Positions 19,318-28,074 of a stretch of 64,000 nt of DNA are shown one piece after another. The notes under the pieces were generated by a model. That model saw nothing but the letters and a program-made list of their open reading frames with translations, had not been told where the DNA came from and searched no databases. Positions within the stretch are counted from its first letter, which is position 1. Every line of letters begins with the position of its first letter. Origin of the DNA: Paracoccaceae bacterium (lineage in GTDB: Bacteria; Pseudomonadota; Alphaproteobacteria; Rhodobacterales; Rhodobacteraceae). Both the position numbers and the translations under genes were made by a program. Location of the stretch: the NCBI GenBank assembly GCA_021648025.1, contig JAKITO010000016.1, positions 164 through 64,163 of the forward strand. Direction: 5' to 3'.

Positions 19318-19731
19318 TCAGCATTCAAGAGCCATGACATGGCCCTGTTTGGCATAATCCAGTATCTGACGGTCACGGGTAAGGATGGTCAACCCTTGGG
19401 CCCGCGCCGTGGCGATGATGATGCGGTCGGCGGGATCGCCGGGCGGTGTGGCAGGCAGAAAGGACGAATCGACCAGGGTGTCCTGCGTCAGTTCGGCCAA
19501 TCCCAAACCGTCTTGATCCAAAAACCTGCGGAACCAATGTGCCGGGCTTTGCGTCAGGTGCAGCCGGTTGTGCGCCACCAACATGCCCAGTTCCCAGGCC
19601 GAATAGGGTGAACATTGCACTTTCCGCCCGGCCAGGCGGCTGACCTCAAGCGCTTCCATCGCGCCCGGGGTCAAGGGTTCGCTATGGCCTATCCATAGCA
19701 TCGCGCAAGTATCCAACAGCAGATTACTCAT
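19318..19731 (-). CDS. vapC: PIN-domain toxin (VapC-like)
   Basis: 137 aa. PIN acidic residues sit in LLLDTCAML, SAWELGML, DPADRIIIATA and ILTRDRQI. Its ATG overlaps the upstream ORF by 8 nt. Confidence 0.85.
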   Translation of the reverse strand: MSNLLLDTCAMLWIGHSEPLTPGAMEALEVSRLAGRKVQCSPYSAWELGMLVAHNRLHLTQSPAHWFRRFLDQDGLGLAELTQDTLVDSSFLPATPPGDPADRIIIATARAQGLTILTRDRQILDYAKQGHVMALEC

Positions 19732-20146
19732 TATAAAGTTTGGGGTTTTCGGTTGATTTAGCCCATTCCGGGTCTGCTGGATCTGTCAGGTCCACGCCCT
19801 CGATAAAAGTTATTGTACCTTTCATGCAGCCGAAAATAGACGGGTATGGCCGATCTTCCACATCTGGGTCGGTCATTGGCGACAAACCGGCATCAGGTTC
19901 ATTCAGCTTACGAAACACCAGTGTTTCACCTTCCATGTTTACAGCACTGGTTTTGTAACCGGCCGCCAGCCACGCATAAGTTATAACACTGTTACTTGGA
20001 TTGTTGCTCCACCACGCCCGATGTTTGCGGGCCGAAGCCGGAAGCGTGCCGCTAATAACCGATTCTATCTCTGAAAAGGTCATCTTGATGCTTTCAAACC
20101 CCCTATTAACAAGGTGGCTTTCAAGCTGAGCGTACTTCTTTTCCAT
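19724..20146 (-). CDS. Putative chimeric antitoxin for the PIN toxin
   Basis: 140 aa from ATG 20146. The N-terminal part ..FSEIESVISGTLPASARKHRAWWSNNPSN.. resembles a widespread small stand-alone domain. The C-terminal tail IFGCMKGTITFIEGVDLTDPADPEWA resembles the toxin-binding tails of Phd/VapB antitoxins. Confidence 0.65.
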   Translation of the reverse strand: MEKKYAQLESHLVNRGFESIKMTFSEIESVISGTLPASARKHRAWWSNNPSNSVITYAWLAAGYKTSAVNMEGETLVFRKLNEPDAGLSPMTDPDVEDRPYPSIFGCMKGTITFIEGVDLTDPADPEWAKSTENPKLYNE

Positions 20147-20227
20147 AACCCGACCCTTCTGAGTCAACATACAGGGGCCCACAACATCAGCAACAGTACC
20201 TATTTGTCAATAGTTATAATTCTCAGC

Positions 20228-21601
20228 CTATGCCCTTTCAAACCCACGGGCGATTTCCCAATCGGTCACTACACGTTCAAATTCTTCCTGTTCCCATTCG
20301 CCGCAGCGCACATAGTGGTCAACCACCTTGTCGCCCATTGCCGCGCGCAGCATGTCCGATCCACGTAAGGTTTCCACTGCATCGCGCAGGTTTTGCGGGA
20401 TTTCCCCACCCGAGGTTTCGGCGTAAACGTCGCCCGACGCCGGGGCGGCCAATTCCATCTTGTCCTCGATCCCCTTGATCCCGGCGGCCAGCAGGGCGGC
20501 CTGCGCCAGATACGGATTGATGTCAGACCCGCCGATGCGGCATTCCATCCGCACGCCCTTGCTGCCCGCGCCACACAGGCGGAAACCGGCGGTGCGATTG
20601 TCGACTGACCAGATCGCCCGGGTCGGCGCAAAGGTGCCTTTGGCAAAGCGTTTATAGCTGTTTACGTATGGCGCCAGAAAGAACATGTATTCCGGGGCAT
20701 AGGCGATCATACCGGCACAGAAATGGCGCATGACTTCGGACATGGAATGTTCGCCGTCCTTGTCATAAAACACGGGCGTATCGCCTTGCCAAAGCGACAT
20801 ATGCACATGGCTGGAACTGCCGACTTTGTCCTTGTGCCATTTGGGCAGGAACGACGCGGCGTGGCCCTGTTGCCAGGCAATCTCTTTGACCGCGTGTTTG
20901 GCGATGGTGTGGTGATCGGCGCAAGACAGCGCCTCGGCGTAGCGAATGTTCAGTTCTTCCTGCCCGGTTTCGGCCTCGCCTTTGGTGTTTTCAACCGGAA
21001 TGCCGGCTGCATAAAGATGGTTGCGGATCGGGCGCATCACATGTTCTTCGCGGGTGGTCTGAAGGATGTGATAATCCTCGTTATAGCCGCTGATCGGTTC
21101 AAGATCGCGAAACCCCGATTTGCGGATCTCGTCAAAACTCTTCTCAAACAGAAAGAACTCAAGTTCGGTTGCCATCTTGGCGCCGAAGCCCAATGCCTCA
21201 AGCCGGGCGATCTGTGTCTTCAGAATCTGGCGGGGCGAATGCGGCACCGGTTCGTGGGTGTGATGGTCAAGGATGTCGCACAGCACCATCGCCGTGCCCT
21301 CAAGCCACGGCATCAAACGCAACGTCTCCAGATCGGCCCGCATCACATAATCGCCATAGCCCGACTGCCACGAAGTAGATTCGTAACCCGTAGGCGTGGC
21401 CATTTCCAGATCGGTGGCCAGCAGATAGTTGCAGCAATGGGTCTCTTTCCAGGACGAATCCAGGAAGTTCTGAACATGAAACCGCTTGCCCATCAGGCGG
21501 CCCTGCATATCGACCAGACAGACCAGAACGGTGTCGATCTCGCCTGAATTGGCGCGGGTTTTCAGGTCATCAAAGGTCAGATTGGCAGGCATAAAGGTCA
21601 T
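20228..21601 (-). CDS. Glutamine synthetase-family enzyme (gamma-glutamyl-amine synthetase/PuuA-like)
   Basis: About 457 aa. It shows the GS catalytic-domain pattern (..ATELEFFLF.., ..KGEAETGQEELNIRY.., ..ASFLPKW...GSSSHVHMSLW.., ..NRTAGFR..). The start is either ATG 21601 or 21592. Confidence 0.8.
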   Translation of the reverse strand: MTFMPANLTFDDLKTRANSGEIDTVLVCLVDMQGRLMGKRFHVQNFLDSSWKETHCCNYLLATDLEMATPTGYESTSWQSGYGDYVMRADLETLRLMPWLEGTAMVLCDILDHHTHEPVPHSPRQILKTQIARLEALGFGAKMATELEFFLFEKSFDEIRKSGFRDLEPISGYNEDYHILQTTREEHVMRPIRNHLYAAGIPVENTKGEAETGQEELNIRYAEALSCADHHTIAKHAVKEIAWQQGHAASFLPKWHKDKVGSSSHVHMSLWQGDTPVFYDKDGEHSMSEVMRHFCAGMIAYAPEYMFFLAPYVNSYKRFAKGTFAPTRAIWSVDNRTAGFRLCGAGSKGVRMECRIGGSDINPYLAQAALLAAGIKGIEDKMELAAPASGDVYAETSGGEIPQNLRDAVETLRGSDMLRAAMGDKVVDHYVRCGEWEQEEFERVVTDWEIARGFERA

Positions 21602-21754
21602 CCGTCTATTGCAGCGTTTCGCGGATACCTTAAGCACCAGAACCGGCACAGCAAGTGTAATCGGCAGAGGCGTCCGCCTAAAGTGTTACCAATATTTACA
21701 GGGTGCCATGGCTTTGTAACATTTTGCTTGCCACGAATCAATTTCTTGCATATC

Positions 21755-21770
21755 CCGACCACATGGTCGG
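21755..21770. promoter_or_regulatory. Inverted repeat upstream of paaJ-paaABCDE (candidate operator)
   Basis: CCGACCA-CA-TGGTCGG has 7-bp perfect arms and lies 49 nt upstream of the paaJ ATG. Confidence 0.3.
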
Positions 21771-21818
21771 CTATTGCCTGGCCGCCCAAGGCAAGGCACC
21801 CTAGTAAAGGCACCCGAT

Positions 21819-23021
21819 ATGGACGCATTCATCTGCGACGCTACCCGCACCCCGATTGGCCGCTATGGCGGGGCTTTGTCGACGGTGCGTACCGATGACC
21901 TGGCGGCACTGCCGATTGCGGCTTTGATGGCGCGCAACGGGTCGGTCGATTGGACCCTGGTTGATGATGTGATTATGGGTTCGGCCAATCAGGCCGGAGA
22001 AGATAACCGCAATGTGGCGCGGATGGCGGCATTGCTGGCGGGGCTGCCTGCGGAGGTGCCCGGCGCGACGATCAACCGGTTATGCGCCAGCGGAATGGAC
22101 GCAGTCGGCATGGCGGCGCGGGGTATCAAGGCCGGGGATTATGACATGGTCATCGCGGGGGGCGTCGAAAGCATGTCGCGCGCACCGTTTGTGATGCCCA
22201 AGGCAGGGGCGGCATTCAGCCGTTCAAACGCGGTCTATGACACAACCATCGGTTGGCGCTTTGTGAACCCGAAGATGAAGGCGCTGCATGGTATTGATTC
22301 GATGCCCGAAACGGCCGACAACGTGGCGGCCGAATTCGAAGTATCGCGCGCTGATCAGGATGCTTTTGCCGCCCGCTCGCAGGCCCGCTGGGCCGCGGCC
22401 CACGCGGCCGGGCATTTCAACGATGAAATCACGCCCGTGTCGATCCCGCAGCGAAAGGGCGGCGTGGTCATCGTCGACACCGATGAACACCCCCGCCCCG
22501 ACGCCAGTGATGCCAGCCTGGGCGCATTGCGCCCCATCAACGGTCCCGATTTGACCGTGACCGCAGGGAACGCTTCTGGTGTCAACGACGGTGCTGCCGC
22601 CTTGCTATTGGCCAGCGAAGCGGCGGCGCGCAGCAACGGGCTGACCCCCATGGTCCGCATAGCGGCCATGGCCGCCGCAGGTGTTGCGCCGCGCATCATG
22701 GGTATCGGCCCGGTTCCTGCCATGCGCAAAGTGCTGGCCCGAACGGGCCTGACCATCGACCAGATGGATGTGATCGAGATTAACGAAGCTTTCGCGGCCC
22801 AGGGGCTGGCAAGCTTGCGAGCCTTTGGCGTGGCAGATGATGCCGCCCGTGTGAATGCCCAGGGCGGGGCCATTGCGATGGGCCACCCGCTGGGAATGTC
22901 CGGCGCGCGTCTGGTGCTGACGGCGGCATATCAACTTAAGAGGACCGGCGGGCGTTATGCTATGTGTACCATGTGTGTCGGGGTTGGTCAGGGTGTGGCC
23001 CTGATCCTTGAACGAGTCTGA
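21819..23021 (+). CDS. paaJ: 3-oxoadipyl-CoA / 3-oxo-5,6-dehydrosuberyl-CoA thiolase
   Basis: 400 aa from ATG 21819: [18 protein letters not shown]..., active-site ..[10 protein letters not shown].., and C-terminal ..[15 protein letters not shown]. Confidence 0.9.
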   Translation: MDAFICDATRTPIGRYGGALSTVRTDDLAALPIAALMARNGSVDWTLVDDVIMGSANQAGEDNRNVARMAALLAGLPAEVPGATINRLCASGMDAVGMAARGIKAGDYDMVIAGGVESMSRAPFVMPKAGAAFSRSNAVYDTTIGWRFVNPKMKALHGIDSMPETADNVAAEFEVSRADQDAFAARSQARWAAAHAAGHFNDEITPVSIPQRKGGVVIVDTDEHPRPDASDASLGALRPINGPDLTVTAGNASGVNDGAAALLLASEAAARSNGLTPMVRIAAMAAAGVAPRIMGIGPVPAMRKVLARTGLTIDQMDVIEINEAFAAQGLASLRAFGVADDAARVNAQGGAIAMGHPLGMSGARLVLTAAYQLKRTGGRYAMCTMCVGVGQGVALILERV

Positions 23022-23040
23022 TCGAACAGGAGAAAGATTA

Positions 23041-24036
23041 ATGTATTCGCAAATGGAAAAGACCGAAGGCGGTGATCCGAAATTGCAGGCGGACATGACC
23101 GACAAGGAACGTGCGTTTCAGGACAAGATCGACCGCAATATCAAGATCGAGCCGCGCGACTGGATGCCCGACAATTACCGCGCGACGCTGATCCGTCAGA
23201 TCGGCCAGCACGCCCATTCAGAAGTGGTCGGCCAGCTGCCCGAAGGCAATTGGATCACCCGGGCGCCGACGCTTGAACGCAAGGCGATCCTGTTGGCCAA
23301 GGTGCAGGACGAGGCGGGCCATGGGCTTTACCTGTACGCTGCTGCGGAAACGCTTGGGGTGACGCGGGATCAGCTGACCGAGGATTTGCTGGCTGGAAGG
23401 ATGAAATATTCATCGATCTTCAATTATCCGACCCTGAACTGGGCCGATATGGGGGCGGTTGGCTGGCTGGTGGACGGGGCGGCGATCCTTAATCAGGTGC
23501 CATTGCAGCGGACATCTTACGGGCCTTATGCGCGCGCAATGGTGCGGATTTGCAAAGAAGAGAGTTTTCACGCGCGCCAGGGTTTTCACATCATGATGAA
23601 GATGGCCAAAGGGTCGGATGCGCAGCGCAAGATGGCACAGGACGCGGTGAACCGGCTTTGGTTTCCGGTGCTGATGATGTTCGGGCCGTCTGATAAGGAT
23701 TCGGTTCACACCGCGCAATCTCTGGCCTGGCGGATCAAGATAGATACCAATGATCAGCTGCGTCAGAAATTTGTCGACCAAACGGTGCCGCAGATCGAAT
23801 ATCTTGGGCTGGACCTGCCGGACCCCGGTATAAAGTGGAACGACGAGACCGGGCAATATGATTTCTCCGACCCCGATTGGTCCGAGTTTTTCAATGTCAT
23901 CAAAGGCAATGGTCCGGGCAATGTTGATCGGATGAAGGCGCGGCGCGCCGCGTGGGACGATGGCGCATGGGTGCGTGACGGGCTGCTGGCGCATGCCCGC
24001 AAAAAGGCCGCGGCCAAACAACTGGCCGCAGAATAA
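23041..24036 (+). CDS. paaA: 1,2-phenylacetyl-CoA epoxidase subunit A
   Basis: 331 aa from ATG 23041, behind AGGAGA. It has di-iron motifs such as ..[12 protein letters not shown].. and ..EESFHARQG... Confidence 0.9.
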   Translation: MYSQMEKTEGGDPKLQADMTDKERAFQDKIDRNIKIEPRDWMPDNYRATLIRQIGQHAHSEVVGQLPEGNWITRAPTLERKAILLAKVQDEAGHGLYLYAAAETLGVTRDQLTEDLLAGRMKYSSIFNYPTLNWADMGAVGWLVDGAAILNQVPLQRTSYGPYARAMVRICKEESFHARQGFHIMMKMAKGSDAQRKMAQDAVNRLWFPVLMMFGPSDKDSVHTAQSLAWRIKIDTNDQLRQKFVDQTVPQIEYLGLDLPDPGIKWNDETGQYDFSDPDWSEFFNVIKGNGPGNVDRMKARRAAWDDGAWVRDGLLAHARKKAAAKQLAAE

Positions 24037-24066
24037 TATTCACAAGCCTAACAAGGATGCTTAGAA

Positions 24067-24351
24067 ATGAACAACGAATGGCCCCTTTGGGAAATCTTTA
24101 TCCGTGGCCAGCATGGCCTTAGTCACCGTCACGTAGGCAGCCTGCATGCACCTGACGCCGAGATGGCGATCAAGAACGCCCGCGACGTTTATACCCGGCG
24201 CAACGAAGGCGTGTCGATCTGGGTGGTCGAGGCGGTGCATATTTCCGCCACTTCACCGGGTGACAAGGGGCCGTTTTATGAACCGTCGCAGTCCAAGGTT
24301 TACCGCCATCCGACGTTTTTCGACATTCCCGACGAAGTGGGGTCGATGTGA
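24067..24351 (+). CDS. paaB: 1,2-phenylacetyl-CoA epoxidase subunit B
   Basis: 94 aa: MNNEWPLWEIFIRGQHGLSHRHVGSLHAPDAEMAIKNARDVYTRRNEG... Confidence 0.9.
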   Translation: MNNEWPLWEIFIRGQHGLSHRHVGSLHAPDAEMAIKNARDVYTRRNEGVSIWVVEAVHISATSPGDKGPFYEPSQSKVYRHPTFFDIPDEVGSM

Positions 24352-25133
24352 TGCCCGAAAAAGCTGTAAATGAATCTGACCAACAGGCCTTGTTTCAGTT
24401 CCTTTTGCGGTTGGGTGACAACACGCTTGTGCTGGGCCACCGGGTCAGCGAATGGTGTGGCCACGCACCGGTTCTGGAAGAGGATATCGCACTTGCCAAC
24501 ACAGCACTTGACCTGATCGGTCAGACGCAACTCTGGCTGGGTCTGGCAGGCGAGGTTGAAGGGAAAGGGCGCGACGCCGATGCGTTGGCGTTTCTGCGCG
24601 ACATCTGGGATTTCCGCAATATTTTGATGGTAGAGCTGCCCAACGGTGATTTTGGCCAGACCATCATGCGGCAGTTTCTTTATGACGCATGGTCGTCGGT
24701 GATGCTGGGCCGGTTGATCAAATCCGGCAATCCCGCGATCGCCGAGATTGCCGGCAAGGTCAGCAAAGAGGTCGCCTATCACATCGAACGTTCGGCGGAT
24801 ACGGTTGTGGGCCTGGGCGATGGCACCGAGGAAAGCCATAAGCGGATGCAGGCGGCACTGAATTATCTTTATCCATACGTGGGCGAGATGTTTCTGAGCG
24901 ATGACACTGACGCGGCGATGGTTTCGGCGGGCTTTGCCCCCGATCCGGCGTCGCTTCGCGACGAGTATGACGTATTGGTCGCCAAAGTACTGGCCGACGC
25001 GACGCTGACGCTGCCTGACGGCAGCTATACCCACAAAGGCGGGCGGACCGGGGCGATGCATACAGAGCACCTGGGCCATGTTCTGACGTCGATGCAGTGG
25101 CTGCAACGCGCCTATCCGGGGTCGCAATGGTAA
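24348..25133 (+). CDS. paaC: 1,2-phenylacetyl-CoA epoxidase subunit C
   Basis: 261 aa with ..LLRLGDNTLVLGHRVSEWCGHAPVLEEDIALANTALDLIGQ... It overlaps the paaB stop by 4 nt. Confidence 0.9.
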   Translation: MMPEKAVNESDQQALFQFLLRLGDNTLVLGHRVSEWCGHAPVLEEDIALANTALDLIGQTQLWLGLAGEVEGKGRDADALAFLRDIWDFRNILMVELPNGDFGQTIMRQFLYDAWSSVMLGRLIKSGNPAIAEIAGKVSKEVAYHIERSADTVVGLGDGTEESHKRMQAALNYLYPYVGEMFLSDDTDAAMVSAGFAPDPASLRDEYDVLVAKVLADATLTLPDGSYTHKGGRTGAMHTEHLGHVLTSMQWLQRAYPGSQW

Positions 25134-25618
25134 TGAGTGACGTGGCGGCAGGCATGATGAACCGACCGGACATCAATCAGATTTGGGCATGGCTGGATAC
25201 CGTGCCGGACCCGGAAATCCCGGTGATATCGCTGGTTGATCTGGGCATTATTCGCGGCGTTGAATGGCAAGGCGATACCCTGACCGTTGCCGTCACCCCC
25301 ACCTATTCCGGCTGCCCCGCCACCGCGATCATCAACCTTGATATCGAAACTGCCCTGCGCGGCCATGGTATTGAAAAGTTGGTGCTGAAACGCCAGCTTG
25401 CCCCGGCCTGGACCACAGATTGGCTGTCCGACAAGGGCCGCGCGGCGTTGGAGGACTATGGTATCGCCCCCCCGCAACCGGCGGGTGGGCCAAAACGATG
25501 TCCGCAGTGTCAGGGCAATAACCTGGAACGCCTGAGCCAGTTCGGATCGACCCCCTGCAAGGCACAGTGGCGTTGTTGCGACTGTCTGGAGCCGTTCGAC
25601 TATTTCAAATGCATCTAA
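25127..25618 (+). CDS. paaD: Phenylacetate-CoA oxygenase subunit PaaD (MIP18/DUF59 family)
   Basis: The ATG at 25127 overlaps the paaC stop. It has ..VPDPEIPVISLVDLGIIR.. and a C-terminal Cys cluster CPQC...CKAQWRCCDC. Confidence 0.85.
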   Translation: MVMSDVAAGMMNRPDINQIWAWLDTVPDPEIPVISLVDLGIIRGVEWQGDTLTVAVTPTYSGCPATAIINLDIETALRGHGIEKLVLKRQLAPAWTTDWLSDKGRAALEDYGIAPPQPAGGPKRCPQCQGNNLERLSQFGSTPCKAQWRCCDCLEPFDYFKCI

Positions 25619-25636
25619 CCCGAAGGAGACGCAAAA

Positions 25637-26710
25637 ATGTCGCGCTTTCATGATCTTACCGTCACCGACATCCACAAAACCATCCGTGATGCGGTGGTTG
25701 TCACGCTAAAGCCTGTCAATGGTTCTGCGGATGTCTTTGACTTTACCCAAGGCCAATACCTGACCTTTTGCCGGGATTTTGATGGCGAAGAACTGCGCCG
25801 CTCGTATTCGATCTGTTCGGGGTTGGATGAAGGCATTCTTCAGGTCGGCATAAAACGGGTCGAAGGGGGTGCGTTTTCCACCTTTGCCAATCAAGATCTG
25901 AAGGTCGGCGACATTTTGCAGGCAATGCCGCCCATGGGCCGGTTTTTCACCCCATTGGACGCAGCAAGCCCCAAGCAATACCTTGGCTTTGCCGGTGGCT
26001 CGGGCATCACCCCGGTCCTGTCGATCCTGAAAACCACATTGGCCCGCGAACCGGCGTCGACCTTTACCCTGGTTTACGCCAACAAAGGTGTGGCCACGAT
26101 CATGTTCCGAGAGGAGCTGGAAGACCTTAAAAACACCTATATGGGCCGGTTCAACGTGATCCATGTGCTTGAAAGTGACGCGCAGGAAATTGACCTGTTC
26201 ACCGGGTTGGTCAGTCAGGAAAAATGCGGCGAGCTGTTCAAGGGCTGGATTGACATTGCCCATGTGGACACGGCGTTTATCTGTGGCCCCGAACCGATGA
26301 TGCTGGGTATCGCTGCCGCTTTGCGCACGCATGGGCTGGACGATTCGCAGATCAAGTTTGAATTATTCGCCAGTGGCCAGCCGGGGCGGGCCAGGCAAAA
26401 GGTCAAAACGGCAGAGCCGGGCACGGCTGCCAATCAGACAACCACGGTGATCAAACTGGACGGGGCCAGCCAGACGATTGCCATGTCCAAAGATGTCTCG
26501 GTTCTAGAAGCGGCCCTGGCCAACGCGATGGATGCGCCGTTTGCCTGCAAGGCCGGGGTCTGTTCAACCTGTCGTTGCCGGGTTGTCGAAGGCGAGGTTG
26601 AAATGGTCGCCAATCACGCGCTTGAGGATTACGAGGTTGAAATGGGCTATGTGCTGTCGTGCCAGTCTTATCCGCTGACGGATCGCGTTGTCATCGACTA
26701 TGACCAGTAG
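25637..26710 (+). CDS. paaE: Phenylacetate-CoA oxygenase reductase subunit (FNR-like plus 2Fe-2S ferredoxin)
   Basis: 357 aa with ..RSYSICS.., ..GGSGITP.. and the C-terminal plant-type ferredoxin motif CKAGVCSTCRC. Confidence 0.9.
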   Translation: MSRFHDLTVTDIHKTIRDAVVVTLKPVNGSADVFDFTQGQYLTFCRDFDGEELRRSYSICSGLDEGILQVGIKRVEGGAFSTFANQDLKVGDILQAMPPMGRFFTPLDAASPKQYLGFAGGSGITPVLSILKTTLAREPASTFTLVYANKGVATIMFREELEDLKNTYMGRFNVIHVLESDAQEIDLFTGLVSQEKCGELFKGWIDIAHVDTAFICGPEPMMLGIAAALRTHGLDDSQIKFELFASGQPGRARQKVKTAEPGTAANQTTTVIKLDGASQTIAMSKDVSVLEAALANAMDAPFACKAGVCSTCRCRVVEGEVEMVANHALEDYEVEMGYVLSCQSYPLTDRVVIDYDQ

Positions 26711-26735
26711 CTAGGGGACGGAAATAACCGAAGGC

Positions 26736-26993
26736 ATGAGCATCAAGGATTATCTGGCCGCTGGCGGTTTCCTTAGCAACCCCACCAACGTGCCACCGCG
26801 CTATCGCGCCGAGTTGATGAAGCTGACGGCCACTTTTGTTGACAGCGAACTGGCCGGGGCGGCCGGATTCGCCGACATCATCAATTTGGGGCCGGGCATC
26901 AAGGAACGCATTGCTGCGGCGCGCATCGCGCTGGAAAAGACCGATCATGCCGACAAGGTGTTGACGAAACCAGGCCTGGCTCCGGGCAAATAA
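26736..26993 (+). pseudogene. Short ORF resembling only the first helices of a PaaA/PaaC-type ferritin-like protein (possible truncated remnant)
   Basis: 85 aa. ..FVDSELAGAAGFADIINLGPGIKERIAAARIALEKTDHADKVL.. has the helix-1/2 pattern of the Paa di-iron family. The ORF stops after about one third of the expected length and is followed by 170 nt of non-coding DNA. The family assignment is from recollection. Confidence 0.3.
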
Positions 26994-27164
26994 CGCCCCG
27001 GTAGCGCGCAGGATTGCGGCCCGATAATTTGAATTTATGGTACCCTGTGGTGACTGCAATTGTCAGCCGTCAGGTGTCTCTGAACAATTACGCGGTTGAA
27101 GGAATTGGCAAATGGACGCAGGTTTGCAACCGATTCGGGTCCGGTGCCCGGCGTTCATAAGGAC

Positions 27165-27839
27165 ATGACAATGACCAGCAAACCAAAACGGGTGGTGCAG
27201 GCCGCCGATGTAAAACAGATCAAGGACTGGCTGGACCGCAACGAGATTCTACTGGTGGATGTGCGCGAAACCACAGAATACGAAGCCGAGCATATTGCCG
27301 GTGCCCTGCTGCTGCCCTTGTCCAGCTTTGACGCCGAGTTTTTCCCAACCCTGCCGGGTAGGAATATCGTGTTGCATTGCGCGGTGGGCAAACGCTCGGA
27401 GGCTGCTGGCAAGATGCTGCTGAACGAAGGGCACAAACACGTTGTGCATATGACCGGCGGGATGGATGCGTGGAAGGCGGCGGGGTACGCCACCGAAATG
27501 CAGTTGTTGGCACCGGGTGAGGCAGAAAAGGCAGCCGAGCCGACGTTTCTGTGCCCCCGTCCGGGCGATGTGCTGCGGGATGAATTCATGACGCCGTTGG
27601 GGATTTCAGTGTCCGAACTGGCAACCAGTATTGGCGTGCTGGAAGGGCGGATGAATGACCTTTTAAAGGGTGAAACCAGCGTCGGGGTGGAGCTGTCGTT
27701 GCGATTGGCACGCTATTTCAGCACGGCGGCGGATTTCTGGGTAACCTTGCAGACCGAACATGACCTGGAACGCGCACGTCACAAGGTCGGGGAACAGATC
27801 CGGGCCGAGATTAAGCCGCGTATTGCGCATGCCCTTTAG
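27165..27839 (+). CDS. Rhodanese domain fused to a HigA-type (XRE HTH) antitoxin-like domain
   Basis: 224 aa from ATG 27165. The rhodanese active-site loop is VLHCAVGKRS. The C-terminal half PGDVLRDEFMTPLGISVSELATSIGVLEGRMNDLLKGETSVGVELSLRLARYFSTAADFWVTLQTEHDLERA is a textbook HigA/VapI HTH. Confidence 0.8.
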   Translation: MTMTSKPKRVVQAADVKQIKDWLDRNEILLVDVRETTEYEAEHIAGALLLPLSSFDAEFFPTLPGRNIVLHCAVGKRSEAAGKMLLNEGHKHVVHMTGGMDAWKAAGYATEMQLLAPGEAEKAAEPTFLCPRPGDVLRDEFMTPLGISVSELATSIGVLEGRMNDLLKGETSVGVELSLRLARYFSTAADFWVTLQTEHDLERARHKVGEQIRAEIKPRIAHAL

Positions 27840-27888
27840 GGGGGGCACACCTTAACAACAGGTTAAATTATTGTTGCCAATTTGAGTG

Positions 27889-27910
27889 AATGTTTCGCGC
27901 GCGAAACATT
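27889..27910. repeat. 22-bp perfect palindrome
   Basis: AATGTTTCGCG|CGCGAAACATT lies in the 235-nt convergent spacer between the rhodanese-HigA gene and the TetR gene. Confidence 0.6.
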
Positions 27911-28074
27911 GTGGCAGCATTGGTGACGTAACTGAAGATCCGGTTGGCCGCAAAAGCCCCCTTTGGTTCAACTCTTGTTGTTTATGGCACAGCAGCACTT
28001 GCAAGTGCGGTGTAAGAAAGCCGGACGACAATGGGTTGGAACACTTGGGTTGCGCAGGGCAAGGCGGTTATTTG

